DNA of 64,000 nucleotides, taken from NCBI GenBank assembly GCA_964650315.1, contig CAZYQE010000004.1, positions 14,816-78,815 of the forward strand, in the 5' to 3' direction. The position numbers and the translations under genes were made by a program. The notes below the pieces were generated by a model, which saw nothing but the letters and a program-made list of their open reading frames with translations, was not told the DNA's origin and did not search any database. Shown piece after piece: positions 1-10,689 of the stretch. This DNA is from an uncultured Muribaculaceae bacterium (GTDB lineage Bacteria > Bacillota_I > Bacilli_A > RF39 > UBA660). The number at the start of each line of letters is the position of its first letter. The first letter of the stretch is position 1.

Positions 1-155
1 TTTATTTGATAATAACTCTAATTCTTCTTTCGGCATTTTACTAACTTTCATATGATCCTCCTAATAAAACATTATATGTTTAATTCAATATTTATGTAGT
101 GAAAATCACCTGTATAAACTTATAACATATATCTAATATATTTACAATAGTTTTT

Positions 156-1904
156 CTACATTTTTTCTGGAACTTTAATAGATAGTATATCTAATAGTAA
201 ATTATTTATACTATAAACTATACTAGTTAAAGCTAACCAAGATTCTTGTAATTCGCTATCTTCTTCAGTTAAAATTTTATTTTCTGAATAGAATTTATTG
301 TATAAAGAAGTTAATTTAAATAGATATTCTGTTATTTCGTTTAATGATTTTAATTCTAATGATTTGTCTAATACTAATGGTAAGTTTAATATTTGTAATG
401 TAATATCTGTTTCTGTATTTGTTTTAAACTTAGTTATTTTATTTTTAGGTAAATCTTTAGATTTTTCTAATAATGATTTCATTCTAATAGTTGAATATAA
501 TAGATAAGGTCCGGTTTTTCCTTCTATTTCTGAGAATTTATCTATTTCAAAGACATAGTCTGTTGTTCTGAAAGGTACTAAGTCTGCATATTTGATTGCA
601 GCAATAGCAACTGTTTTAGATATATCTTTCTTTTCTTCTTCAGTCATTGTATCATTATTTATTTTCTTTATTGTTTCTTCATTAACTAATTTTATTAATT
701 CTTTTAAAGACATTACTCCACCATCTCTAGTTTTAAATGGTTTTCCATCTTTACCATTCATTGTTCCATATGGAATATGTTCTAAATTTACTTTTTCATC
801 TACTAAGTTTGCAAGTCTAGCAGCACGGAATACTTGTTCAAAATGAAGAGATTGTCTATCATCTGTTACATACCATATTTCATCTGGATTATAGTTTTTC
901 TTACGATCTAGGATAGTTGCTAAATCTGTTGTAGCATATGTATATGTGTTATTTGAATTCTCAAACATTAATGGTGGCATAGGAGCATTATCTTCTTCTT
1001 TTTTAACTTCTGCTATTTTAGCTCCTTCACTATCTTTTAATAAATTCTTCTCTTCAAATATATTAGTTACTTCATCTATATATTCTGCTTCATCACTTTC
1101 ACCATTCCAAATTTCAAAGTCTGTATTAATAGTTTTATATGTCTTTTTAATATCTTCTTTAGATATTTCTATTATTTTCTTCCATAATTCATAATAACCT
1201 TTTTCTTTATTTTGAAGTTTATTAGTTATTATTCTAGCAGCTTCTAAATAGTCTTCATCTTCTTTAGCTTTCCTAGATGCTTCTGGATATATCTTTTCTA
1301 GATCTTCATTTGTAATTGGTAATTCTATTTCACTATAATCTCCAGTGTAGTTTTCATCAAAGTATGGTAAGTCTGAATATAGTTCTTTTATTTCTCTTAT
1401 TACTAGACCTAGCGGTCTACCATAATCTCCTAAATGAGCATCTCCTAGTACTTCATATCCTAATGTTTTAGCAAGTCTTTTTAAAGCTTCTCCGATATTA
1501 GCACTTCTTAAATGACCAACATGTAGAGCTTTAGCAACATTAGCTCCTCCATAATCTATAATTACTTTCTTTTTTTCTTTTTTATCTATAATATCATCTA
1601 GGTTAGTAGTTAATTTATTTAAACATTCTATTAAATAGTCATTAGTTAAAGTAATATTAATGAATCCAGGACCGGCAATATTTAAATTAGTAAATCTATT
1701 ATCTTTTTCTAATTCTTTTACTATATCTTCTGCGATTTCTCTTGGGCTTTTATGGTATGTTCTAGCAAGATTCATCGCATCATTTATTTGATATTGTCCT
1801 AAATCTGGTCTATTAGATGTTTCTAATACTAAATTTTCTACTTCATAACCAGCTTTTTTAACTATTTTCTTAATATCTTCTGTTAATTCTTTAATAATAC
1901 TCAT
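156..1904 (-). CDS. argS: Arginine--tRNA ligase (class I aaRS)
   Basis: 582 aa ORF with the HVGH (HIGH-type) motif, an ArgRS-like N-terminal domain and a typical length. Sits immediately downstream of a DUF1934 gene, as in the Bacillus ywiB-argS arrangement. Confidence 0.9.
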   Translation of the reverse strand: MSIIKELTEDIKKIVKKAGYEVENLVLETSNRPDLGQYQINDAMNLARTYHKSPREIAEDIVKELEKDNRFTNLNIAGPGFINITLTNDYLIECLNKLTTNLDDIIDKKEKKKVIIDYGGANVAKALHVGHLRSANIGEALKRLAKTLGYEVLGDAHLGDYGRPLGLVIREIKELYSDLPYFDENYTGDYSEIELPITNEDLEKIYPEASRKAKEDEDYLEAARIITNKLQNKEKGYYELWKKIIEISKEDIKKTYKTINTDFEIWNGESDEAEYIDEVTNIFEEKNLLKDSEGAKIAEVKKEEDNAPMPPLMFENSNNTYTYATTDLATILDRKKNYNPDEIWYVTDDRQSLHFEQVFRAARLANLVDEKVNLEHIPYGTMNGKDGKPFKTRDGGVMSLKELIKLVNEETIKKINNDTMTEEEKKDISKTVAIAAIKYADLVPFRTTDYVFEIDKFSEIEGKTGPYLLYSTIRMKSLLEKSKDLPKNKITKFKTNTETDITLQILNLPLVLDKSLELKSLNEITEYLFKLTSLYNKFYSENKILTEEDSELQESWLALTSIVYSINNLLLDILSIKVPEKM

Positions 1905-1905
1905 A

Positions 1906-2259
1906 CTAATTCTCCTTTACTTCTATTTTATATATAAAGTTTTGATCTTCAACTTTAAACTTTATTTCTAAATTATAGTCTTGTTTCTTTAACTCTTTTG
2001 TTTTTATTTTAACATGTAATTCTCTGTTTAGTTCTTTTACTAGTATTTTCCCTGTAGTTTCTTTATCTTTATTAAAAGTATATACCATGTTAATATCATC
2101 ATTTTCTCTTATTAACGTATTCTCTTTATAATCATATATTACTTTAGTTTTATTCTTTTCATAATAAGTAATCTTATCTTTATCTACTTTAGATACTACT
2201 TCATCTTTAATTTCTTCTATATCGTTTTTTAAACTAGTTTTTATATTTATTTTAGGCAT
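1906..2259 (-). CDS. DUF1934 (YwiB-like) small protein, co-operonic with argS
   Basis: 117 aa ORF whose stop lies 2 nt before the argS start. Position upstream of argS matches the conserved DUF1934-argS pair in Firmicutes; the sequence itself is lysine-rich and not diagnostic. Confidence 0.45.
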   Translation of the reverse strand: MPKINIKTSLKNDIEEIKDEVVSKVDKDKITYYEKNKTKVIYDYKENTLIRENDDINMVYTFNKDKETTGKILVKELNRELHVKIKTKELKKQDYNLEIKFKVEDQNFIYKIEVKEN

Positions 2260-2366
2260 AAAAACACCTCACATTAAATTACAGTTTAGATTATAACATA
2301 TATTAATAAATTTTAATACATATTTTAGTTCTTATTTTTAATAATAATAAAGAAAGGTTGGTCTTT

Positions 2367-4322
2367 ATGAAAAAAATTAAGAGAATTATTATATTTATTG
2401 TATTAATATTTATAATTAGTTTTGGTGGTATCTTTATTTATATTAAGAGTTGTCCTAAATTAAGTATTAATAGCGCAGGTAATATTGCGTTGTATGATAA
2501 TAAGAAGAAGTTGTTTTTTCAAGGTAATAAAGCAACAAATTGGGTTAGTTTAAATAATATTTCTGATAATGTTATTAATTGTACTATATATACTGAAGAT
2601 AAGAATTTTTATAAGCACCATGGTTTTGATTTTTTAAGAATATTAAAGGCTGGTTATATTAATGTATCTAATGGTAAGAATGTACAAGGGGCTTCTACTA
2701 TAACACAGCAATACGCTAAGAATTTGTTTTTGGATTTCGATAAAACTTGGAAAAGAAAATGGGATGAGATTTGGTATACAATTAGAATAGAAGATAATTA
2801 TTCTAAAGATGAGATATTAGAGGGTTATTTAAATACTATTAATTACGGTCATGGTATGTATGGAATAGAGAATGCAAGTAAGTTTTATTTTGGTAAGAAG
2901 GCAAAAGATCTTTCTTTAGCAGAGTCTTCTATATTAGTTGGAATTCCTAAAGCTCCTAGCATATATTCTCCTTTAATAGATTATAAAGCAGCTAAAAAAA
3001 GACAATTATTAGTATTAAAAGAATTAGTTAAAAATAAAGTTATTTCTGAAGAAGAAAAGAATGAAATTTATAATGAGAAATTAAAGTTTATTGGAGAAAA
3101 GGATAGGGATAATATAAGTATTGCGATGTATTATGAAGATGCGGTATTAGATGAGTTGAAAACTATAGATGAAATACCTAAATCTATTAGTGATACTAAA
3201 GGTTTAAAAATATATACTAGTTTGGATTATAACTTACAAAAAGAATTAGAAACTATAGTTAAAGAAGAGATTCCTAATAGTTCTAAAGTAGAAGTTTCTT
3301 CTGTTTTAATGGATCCTAAAACTGGTGGTATTAAAGCTTTAGTTGGTGGTAAAGACTATAATAAATCTTCTTATAATAGGGTTACTAATTCTAAAAGACA
3401 AGTTGGATCTACTATGAAACCATATTTATATTATGCAGCTTTAGAGAATGGTTTTACTGCATCTTCTTCTTTTACTAGTGAAGAAACTACTTTTAATTTA
3501 AATAATAAAACTAAGTATTCTCCTAAAAATTATAATAATAAATATGGAAATAAGCCTATTTCTATGGCAACTGCGATTGCTTATTCTGAAAATATATATG
3601 CTGTTAAGACTCATCTTTTTTTGGGAAGCGAAGCTTTAATAAATGTTGCGCGAAGGGTTGGAATTAATTCTAAATTAGAAGATATTCCTTCTCTACCGCT
3701 TGGTACTAATGAGATTAATATAAAAGAAATGACGGCAGGATATGCTTCTTTTGCAAATATGGGTTATAAAGTTAAACCTCATCTAATAGAAAAAGTTGAA
3801 GATGGCGATGGTAGAGTTTTATATAAGTTTAATAAAGAAAAGGAACTAGTTTTAAATTCTAGTTTAGTCTATATATTAAACAACCTATTAACAACCACTT
3901 ATGATCCTAATTATATAGATTATAATTATCCTACTGCGATTGGATTAAATTCTAAGCTTAAACATAAATATGCTTTAAAGAGTGGAACTACTGATACTGA
4001 TAATTGGAATATTGGTTATAATAAATACTTAGTTGGTTCTGTATGGGTTGGTTATGATAATAATAAAGAGTTGAGGCCTAAAGAATATAGGTATTCACAA
4101 AATATTTGGTATAAAGTTATGGAAAAATATGAAAAAAACAAAGATAATGAGTGGTATAAATTACCTAAAAATGTATCTGCTATGTTTGTTGATCCTATAT
4201 CTGGTAAACCTATATCTAATAATAGTTCTAAGAAAAAATTAATGTATTTTATTAAGGGTACTGAACCTAGTGAAACAGATCAAACTTTTGATGAGAAATT
4301 TTCTTCTAGTTCAGCTACATAA
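2367..4322 (+). CDS. Class A penicillin-binding protein (GT51 transglycosylase plus transpeptidase)
   Basis: N-terminal TM helix. Carries the GT51 motif TITQQYAKNLF, and the transpeptidase motifs STMKP (SxxK), SEN and KSGTT. An ATG at 2367 with an AAAGG RBS is preferred over the TTG at 2358 used in the ORF track. Confidence 0.85.
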   Translation: MKKIKRIIIFIVLIFIISFGGIFIYIKSCPKLSINSAGNIALYDNKKKLFFQGNKATNWVSLNNISDNVINCTIYTEDKNFYKHHGFDFLRILKAGYINVSNGKNVQGASTITQQYAKNLFLDFDKTWKRKWDEIWYTIRIEDNYSKDEILEGYLNTINYGHGMYGIENASKFYFGKKAKDLSLAESSILVGIPKAPSIYSPLIDYKAAKKRQLLVLKELVKNKVISEEEKNEIYNEKLKFIGEKDRDNISIAMYYEDAVLDELKTIDEIPKSISDTKGLKIYTSLDYNLQKELETIVKEEIPNSSKVEVSSVLMDPKTGGIKALVGGKDYNKSSYNRVTNSKRQVGSTMKPYLYYAALENGFTASSSFTSEETTFNLNNKTKYSPKNYNNKYGNKPISMATAIAYSENIYAVKTHLFLGSEALINVARRVGINSKLEDIPSLPLGTNEINIKEMTAGYASFANMGYKVKPHLIEKVEDGDGRVLYKFNKEKELVLNSSLVYILNNLLTTTYDPNYIDYNYPTAIGLNSKLKHKYALKSGTTDTDNWNIGYNKYLVGSVWVGYDNNKELRPKEYRYSQNIWYKVMEKYEKNKDNEWYKLPKNVSAMFVDPISGKPISNNSSKKKLMYFIKGTEPSETDQTFDEKFSSSSAT

Positions 4323-4376
4323 TATTGTAAGTTATTGATTATTTTGATATAATCATTTTAGTATAGAGGTGGTATT

Positions 4377-4907
4377 ATGTATATAATTATTGGATGTATT
4401 ATTCTTATTGCGATATTAGTGCTAGTTATAGTTATTTATCATAGTAAGTGTCAGTTTATAGTAATTAAAATTAGTGAAGCTGAGAATAATATTGATATTT
4501 TATTAGATAAGAAGTTAGATTTATTGAGAAAATGTATACCTCTAATTAGAAAAAGTTTAAAAGAAAAAGATTTTATGGAAGAACTTGATGATTTTTCTAA
4601 AGATGGTATGTCTTCTTTAGAATTACATAATTATTTAAGAAAGAATTATAATAAGATATTTAAAACTATGGACGAGAATGAAAAGTTATATAAAAGAAAA
4701 AATCTTATGAAAATTCTTGATGAACTTAACGATAATGAATTACAATTAAGTGCTTCTATTAAGTTTTATAATGATAATGTTAATATAAATAATGAAATAA
4801 TTAGTAAATTCCCTATGAATATGATTAGATTCTTATTTGGTTATAAACAAAAAGAGTTATATGAGAATGAAAAGATAGAAGAATTTGAAATATTAAAAGA
4901 GAAGTAG
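4377..4907 (+). CDS. LemA family membrane protein
   Basis: N-terminal TM helix, and the C-terminal region KFPMNMIRFLFGYKQKELYE matches the LemA family signature (KRFPTNIVAGMFGFEKKEYF-like). Confidence 0.65.
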   Translation: MYIIIGCIILIAILVLVIVIYHSKCQFIVIKISEAENNIDILLDKKLDLLRKCIPLIRKSLKEKDFMEELDDFSKDGMSSLELHNYLRKNYNKIFKTMDENEKLYKRKNLMKILDELNDNELQLSASIKFYNDNVNINNEIISKFPMNMIRFLFGYKQKELYENEKIEEFEILKEK

Positions 4908-4916
4908 GAGTTAATT

Positions 4917-5909
4917 ATGATTATTGAGTCTATTAAAGAAAGAGCTAAATTAATTAAAAAGAAAATTATTCTTCCTGAGATTAATGATGAGAGGGTTTTA
5001 GAAGCAGCTGGTATTATAACTAAGGAAGAGATTGCTGATATTATTATGATTGGTAATGAAGATGAGATTAATAAAGCTAAAAATAAATTTAATCTTGATA
5101 AAGTTTCTTTTATTAATCCTAATACTTTTCCTTATATTGATAAGTTAATTAATACTTATTATGAAGAAAGAAAACATAAGGGTATTTCTTTTGAGGAAGC
5201 TGTTAATACTATTAATAATGATTATATGTATTTTTCTTGTATGTTAGTTAAAGCTGGTTTTGCAGATGGTATTGTTAGTGGGGCATGCCACTCTTCTGCT
5301 GATATTATTAGGCCGGCATTACAAACTATTAGGAATAAGGCTACTACTAAACTTGTATCTGCTTTCTTCTTGATGGAAGTTCCTAATTGTGAATATGGAG
5401 AAAATGGTGTGTTTATATTTGCTGATTCTGGATTAAATCAATATCCTAACAGCGAAGAGTTATCTCATATTGCAGTTAATAGTGCAGAAAGCTTTAAATT
5501 ACTTGTAGATAAAGAACCTAAAGTTGCAATGATTTCTCATTCTACTAAAGGTAGTGCAAAACATGATAACGTTAATAAAATGATTAATGCTACTGAATTA
5601 GCTAAAAAGATTAATCCTAACTTAAAAATAGATGGTGAATTACAAGCAGATGCTGCTATAGTACCTGAAGTTGCTAAAATTAAATGTCCTGATAGTGAAG
5701 TTGCTGGCAAAGCTAATGTTTTGATTTTTCCTGATTTAGATGCTGGTAATAACGCTTATAAATTAGTTGAAAGACTTGCTAAAGCTAAAGCATATGGACC
5801 TATTACTCAAGGTATGAATCATCCGGTTAATGATTTATCTAGAGGATGTAATGCTTTGGATATAGTTGGTGTTGTTGCTATTACCGTTGTTCAAGCACAA
5901 AAAAACTAG
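4917..5909 (+). CDS. pta: Phosphate acetyltransferase
   Basis: 330 aa with the ADGIVSGACHSSADIIRPALQ and LSRGCN motifs typical of Pta/Ptb-fold enzymes. Length fits the short Pta class. RBS AGGAG lies 6 nt upstream. Confidence 0.8.
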   Translation: MIIESIKERAKLIKKKIILPEINDERVLEAAGIITKEEIADIIMIGNEDEINKAKNKFNLDKVSFINPNTFPYIDKLINTYYEERKHKGISFEEAVNTINNDYMYFSCMLVKAGFADGIVSGACHSSADIIRPALQTIRNKATTKLVSAFFLMEVPNCEYGENGVFIFADSGLNQYPNSEELSHIAVNSAESFKLLVDKEPKVAMISHSTKGSAKHDNVNKMINATELAKKINPNLKIDGELQADAAIVPEVAKIKCPDSEVAGKANVLIFPDLDAGNNAYKLVERLAKAKAYGPITQGMNHPVNDLSRGCNALDIVGVVAITVVQAQKN

Positions 5910-5930
5910 TTAGAAATAACTAGTTTTATT
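5905..5930. terminator. Bidirectional rho-independent terminator between convergent pta and ung
   Basis: The hairpin ACTAGTT-AGAAATA-AACTAGT is followed by a T-run on the plus strand and preceded by an A-run (a T-run on the minus strand). Confidence 0.5.
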
Positions 5931-6588
5931 CTACTCTCCAATCTATTTCTTTTAGATTGTTTTGTTTTAAAAACTTATTTGTTTTAGAAAATGGTTTTGA
6001 TCCAAAGAAACCATTATATGCAGAGAATGGCGAAGGATGAGCTGATTCAATTACTAAGTGTATTGGATTAGTTATTAATTCCTTCTTTTTTCTTGCATAT
6101 GCTCCCCATAATATAAATACTACAGGAGTTTCTTTTTTGTTGATTGTTCTTATTATTTCATCAGTAAATGTTTCCCAACCTTTATCTTTATGAGATGTAG
6201 GTTTGTGTTCTTCTACTGTAAGGACTGCATTTAATAATAATACCCCTTCTTTAGCCCAAGGTTTTAATGAATTTGATTCTGGATATTTGATACCTAAATC
6301 ATTTTCTAATTCTTTAAAAATATTCTTTAAAGAAGGTGGTTTCAATACTTCATTACTTACAGAAAAAGATAATCCTTCTGCTTGCTTAGGTCCGTGATAT
6401 GGATCTTGTCCTAGTATTACTACTTTAACATCATCAAAATCTGTATATCTAAAAGCATTAAATACTTCACTTTGTTTTGGATATATTGTTTTAGTTTTAT
6501 ACTCATTTTTTATAAAACTCATTAGTTCTTGGAAATATTCTTTTTTTAACTCTTCATTTAATACATTGTCCCAATTATTACCTATCAT
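5926..6588 (-). CDS. ung: Uracil-DNA glycosylase (family 1)
   Basis: Carries the GQDPYHGP water-activating motif and the HPSPFSA motif; 220 aa. Confidence 0.9.
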   Translation of the reverse strand: MIGNNWDNVLNEELKKEYFQELMSFIKNEYKTKTIYPKQSEVFNAFRYTDFDDVKVVILGQDPYHGPKQAEGLSFSVSNEVLKPPSLKNIFKELENDLGIKYPESNSLKPWAKEGVLLLNAVLTVEEHKPTSHKDKGWETFTDEIIRTINKKETPVVFILWGAYARKKKELITNPIHLVIESAHPSPFSAYNGFFGSKPFSKTNKFLKQNNLKEIDWRVE

Positions 6589-6596
6589 AATCTCAC

Positions 6597-7052
6597 CTAC
6601 TTGTGATATTTTTCATTATTATTTATTTTATAAGCTCTATAGATTTGTTCTAGAAGAAATACTCTAAATAGTTGGTGTGGAAAAGTCATTTTAGAAAAAG
6701 ATAAGTGCCAATTACTTTTCTTTTTTATATTATCTGATAATCCATAACTTCCACCTATTATAAATATTATACTACTATTTTCTATTTGTATTTTTTCTAG
6801 TTTTTTAGCAAACTCTATACTATTTAGTTCTTTTCCTTCTATTTCTAGTGTAATTATATAATCTCTTTCATTTATGTGTTTTTCTATCTTTGTAGATTCT
6901 AATTCTATAGCTTTCTTTTCTTCTACTAAACCTTCATCTTTTACTTCTATTATTTCTAATTTGGTATATCTACTTAATCTTTTTTTATATTCTTCTATAG
7001 CGTCTTTTAAATACTTTTCTTTAATACTTCCTACTGTAATTATTTTTATCAT
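6597..7052 (-). CDS. rlmH: 23S rRNA (pseudouridine1915-N3)-methyltransferase RlmH
   Basis: 151 aa SPOUT-class protein. N-terminus MIKIITVGSIKEKYL...YKKRL matches RlmH. Confidence 0.8.
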   Translation of the reverse strand: MIKIITVGSIKEKYLKDAIEEYKKRLSRYTKLEIIEVKDEGLVEEKKAIELESTKIEKHINERDYIITLEIEGKELNSIEFAKKLEKIQIENSSIIFIIGGSYGLSDNIKKKSNWHLSFSKMTFPHQLFRVFLLEQIYRAYKINNNEKYHK

Positions 7053-7053
7053 A

Positions 7054-7830
7054 TTACACCTCTATAAATGGACTTTCTTTATCTTGTTTAGCAATTGTTA
7101 TTTTGATATCTATATTACCTAATTCCTCTTCTATTGCTTCTAAGGCTTTCTTTTCTGTATTATTTTTTTCACTTAAGTGAGCTAACATTATGTTTTTGGT
7201 ATTTTTACCTATTATTTTCTTTAGATATTTAGCTGTTGTTTTATTAGATAGATGTCCTTTATCACTTATTACTCTTTCTTTTAAGAATCTTGGATATGGT
7301 CCATCCATTAGCATTATTTCATCATGGTTACTTTCTATTATATACATATCTTTTTCTTTCATTTTAGATAAAAATTTTCTGTTTATATATCCTGTATCTG
7401 TTACATATACTAAGCTTTTATCATTATAATTTATTATATATCCTACAGAGCAATCTGTATCATGAGATGTATGTATTAATTCTATATCTACATCTTCTAT
7501 ATTAAATTTATCTTCTATAAAAACACATCTATCTTTAGGTACTATATCTTTTATTTCTTTATACATTTTTTCTGGTATATAAACCATTATTTTAGTATGT
7601 TTTATTAATGTAGATAATCCTTTTATATGATCTTTATGACTATGAGTTATTAATATTGCTTTAAAATCTAAAAAAGAAAGGGATTTCTCTTCTAAGCTTC
7701 TTTTTAAAGCTAAGTAGGAAATTCCCATATCTATTATTATGTTTGTGTTATTGCATAACACTATTGTACAATTTCCTTTAGATCCGCTAGCAATGTTTTT
7801 AACTTTCATTTTAATAGAATGACATTGCAT
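7054..7830 (-). CDS. MBL-fold metallo-hydrolase (YycJ/WalJ-like)
   Basis: HSHKDH (HxHxDH) metallo-beta-lactamase motif. About 258 aa, located near the origin as yycJ is in Bacilli. Its start overlaps the end of the upstream M23 peptidase gene by 20 nt. Confidence 0.7.
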   Translation of the reverse strand: MQCHSIKMKVKNIASGSKGNCTIVLCNNTNIIIDMGISYLALKRSLEEKSLSFLDFKAILITHSHKDHIKGLSTLIKHTKIMVYIPEKMYKEIKDIVPKDRCVFIEDKFNIEDVDIELIHTSHDTDCSVGYIINYNDKSLVYVTDTGYINRKFLSKMKEKDMYIIESNHDEIMLMDGPYPRFLKERVISDKGHLSNKTTAKYLKKIIGKNTKNIMLAHLSEKNNTEKKALEAIEEELGNIDIKITIAKQDKESPFIEV

Positions 7831-9328
7831 TTAAAGCTTGACCTCCTCTATATGGATATCCTCTCCAGATGGCAAAGTGTAAGTGTACTCCTGTTGCGGC
7901 TCCTGTTTGTCCCATACCACCAATTACTTGCCCTTTTTCTACATGTTGTCCTACTGAGACATATCTACAACCTACACAAAGATGTGCATACATTGTGAAA
8001 TATCCATTATGGTGATCTATTGTAACAAATTGTCCATTATCGAATTTTGATCCTGATTGTACTACTGTTCCAGATTGAGCAGCAAATATATTAGATCCAT
8101 AACCACAACCTGCTATATCTGTTCCATCGTGTAATACTCCCCAACGATATCCAAATCCACTGGATACGGTTGCACATGAAGCTGGCCATCCAAATTGTCC
8201 TTTAGTAGCAATCACATCTCCATAACCTCCACCAGTATATGGAGCTCCTCCACCAGTATAGTTAGATTTCTTACCACCTCTAACAATTACTTCTTTTACT
8301 GGTTCTTTTATTACTTCTGTATTTACTGGAACGACATTTACAGTTTCACCATTAACTTTTTGTACTTTTTGAGTAACTTTGTTTTCTCCTTTTACTCCTT
8401 TTTGAAGTATTTTAGTATATCCTGCACTCTTAGAATTATCATACTTTGTTTCTGTAGTATAATTTTTAGCTTCTCTAAATACTGTATGATCTTCTTCTAC
8501 AACACTAAACTGTGGTTTTAAAACACCAAGCGTTACTTCTTGTCCATCATATAACAAATTATCTTCGTCAGTAAAGTTAGGATTTGCAATTAAGAATTCT
8601 TCTGTTGAAATTTTATTTTTGAAAGATATATCTTCAATAGTATCCCCTGATTTTACTTTATATTTCTTTTGTTCTTTTGTTGTTCCGAAAAGTAAATACT
8701 TACTTAGATTATCTTTGTTTTGATATATAGTTTTATTTACTGGAATATTTCCTTTTTTAATAGTTATTTTATTTTTTATATATATTTTTTCTATTTTCTT
8801 TCCTGTATCTTTTATTTCTTTTTGTTTATCGTTTTTATATGCTTCATAATCTTCTTTAGATACAAATGATTTTACTGTATTATCAACAGAATCTTCAAAT
8901 ACTTGTTTGTCTAAAACATATATTGTTTGTTTTTTACCTTTTACTTTTTTTCCTTTAGAATTCTTTGTATCTATTCCTTTTATAGTGATTATATATCCAT
9001 CAATAGTAAAAGGTGATCTATCTTTAATCTTTTTATAGATCTTTTCTACTGATATTACTTTTTTATCATATGTTGTTTCTTTTACTATATCTATATCATC
9101 TGGTAAATATACTTTGTCTACATGATATTTATCTTTTATTTTCTTTTGTTTTTTATTGACATAATCTTCTAACTCTTTTTTAGATTTTATTAATCCTAAT
9201 GATTTCCCGTTTATATATACGTGATATAAAGTGCGTGGATTATCTGTTTTTTTAGTAAATCCAACAGTTAATGGGATAATACTTATGATTAATAATACTA
9301 TAATGATTTTTTCTATTGTTTTACCCAT
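7811..9328 (-). CDS. M23 family metallopeptidase with LysM domain and N-terminal membrane anchor
   Basis: The C-terminus carries the M23 motifs HDGTDIA...GTVV...GYFTMYAHL...TGVHLHFAI. A central LysM-like segment (YKVKSGDTIEDIS...FLIANPNF) and an N-terminal TM helix are present. Confidence 0.8.
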   Translation of the reverse strand: MGKTIEKIIIVLLIISIIPLTVGFTKKTDNPRTLYHVYINGKSLGLIKSKKELEDYVNKKQKKIKDKYHVDKVYLPDDIDIVKETTYDKKVISVEKIYKKIKDRSPFTIDGYIITIKGIDTKNSKGKKVKGKKQTIYVLDKQVFEDSVDNTVKSFVSKEDYEAYKNDKQKEIKDTGKKIEKIYIKNKITIKKGNIPVNKTIYQNKDNLSKYLLFGTTKEQKKYKVKSGDTIEDISFKNKISTEEFLIANPNFTDEDNLLYDGQEVTLGVLKPQFSVVEEDHTVFREAKNYTTETKYDNSKSAGYTKILQKGVKGENKVTQKVQKVNGETVNVVPVNTEVIKEPVKEVIVRGGKKSNYTGGGAPYTGGGYGDVIATKGQFGWPASCATVSSGFGYRWGVLHDGTDIAGCGYGSNIFAAQSGTVVQSGSKFDNGQFVTIDHHNGYFTMYAHLCVGCRYVSVGQHVEKGQVIGGMGQTGAATGVHLHFAIWRGYPYRGGQALNAMSFY

Positions 9329-9329
9329 T

Positions 9330-10679
9330 TTATTCCTCCACTTTTCTATCTTCTTTTTTTAGACTTACGAATTTAGATGTATTTCTTCTAAATAATAATG
9401 GAATTGTTGGAGTTGGTCCATTACGATGTTTTCCAATTATTAATTCACTGATACTATTGTTGTCTTCTGTTTTTTCTTTTTCATAATAGTCTTTTCTATA
9501 TAAGAACGATACTATATCAGCATCTTGTTCTATTGATCCTGACTCACGTAAATCACTCATTATTGGTCTTTTATCTTCACGTGTTTCAACACTTCTTGAT
9601 AATTGTGATAAAGCAATTACTGGAACCCCTAATTCCATAGCAAGTGTTTTCAAACTTCTTGAAATATCTGATACTTCTTGTTGTCTGTTAGCGCCATAGT
9701 TTTTACCACCAGAAATTAATTGTAAATAGTCGATTATAACTGCGCTTAATCCATTTTCAGAACTAGCTAATCTTCTACATTTAGCTCTTATTTCACCTAT
9801 TGTAATACCTGGTGTATCATCTATAACTAGGTTAGTGTTAGCAAGTTGTGATACTGCTTCATTAACTCTTTTCCAATCTTCATTCATTAGTTTACCTGTT
9901 CTTAGTTTGTAACTATCTACTTGCCCTAATGATGAAATCATTCTTTGCGCTAATTGTTCAGCGCTCATTTCTAAGTTGAATACAGCAACTGATTTATCTT
10001 GACTCATAGCGATATGAGTAGCGATATTTAATGCGAAAGCTGTTTTACCCATAGCAGGACGTGCTGCTATAATAATAAGCTCATTTTCATGCAATCCTGT
10101 AGTTACTCTATCTAAATCTGCAAATCCTGTAGATAGTCCTGTTATTTCTCCTTTACTATCTGCTAATTTTTCTAAATCATCCTGTGTTTTCTTTAATATA
10201 TCTTTAATACTTCTAAATTCACTAGTTCTTCTGTTTTTAACTATATTTAGTATTTTCTTTTCTGAATTATCAAGTATTTCATTAACTGATTCATCTGTTT
10301 TATATCCATCAGATGCAATTTCTGTAGCTGTTTCTATTAAATTTCTAAGAATATATGTATCTTCTACACTTTTTATATAATAATCTACATTACTAGCAGT
10401 AGGTACAAAGTTTAATACTTCTGTTAAATATTCCACTCCTCCTACTTCTGTTAATTCTTTTTTGTTTTTTAAATAACTAGTTATTGTAGCAATATCTATT
10501 GGTGTTTTTTCATCTACTAATGCATTCATTGCCGCAAATATTTTACCATTTTTATCACTATAAAAAGAGTCTGGTGTTAATGTCTCACAGGCTTTTTGTA
10601 GTGCATATTTTGATAAGAAACAAGCTCCCAATACTGATTGCTCTGCTTCTAAATTATTTGGTAATGTCTTTATTGGCAT
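9330..10679 (-). CDS. dnaB: Replicative DNA helicase (DnaB family; DnaC in B. subtilis nomenclature)
   Basis: 449 aa with the Walker A motif AARPAMGKTAF and a DnaB N-terminal domain. Synteny is rplI-dnaB. Confidence 0.9.
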   Translation of the reverse strand: MPIKTLPNNLEAEQSVLGACFLSKYALQKACETLTPDSFYSDKNGKIFAAMNALVDEKTPIDIATITSYLKNKKELTEVGGVEYLTEVLNFVPTASNVDYYIKSVEDTYILRNLIETATEIASDGYKTDESVNEILDNSEKKILNIVKNRRTSEFRSIKDILKKTQDDLEKLADSKGEITGLSTGFADLDRVTTGLHENELIIIAARPAMGKTAFALNIATHIAMSQDKSVAVFNLEMSAEQLAQRMISSLGQVDSYKLRTGKLMNEDWKRVNEAVSQLANTNLVIDDTPGITIGEIRAKCRRLASSENGLSAVIIDYLQLISGGKNYGANRQQEVSDISRSLKTLAMELGVPVIALSQLSRSVETREDKRPIMSDLRESGSIEQDADIVSFLYRKDYYEKEKTEDNNSISELIIGKHRNGPTPTIPLLFRRNTSKFVSLKKEDRKVEE

Positions 10680-10689
10680 AATATCACCT

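Noticed and set aside
7811-7830. 20-nt overlap between the M23 peptidase and the yycJ-like gene read as a possible frameshift or fusion.
   Set aside because: Both reading frames are intact with their own plausible starts. A GAGGAGG within the 3' end of the upstream gene serves as the RBS, and such overlaps are common in operons.
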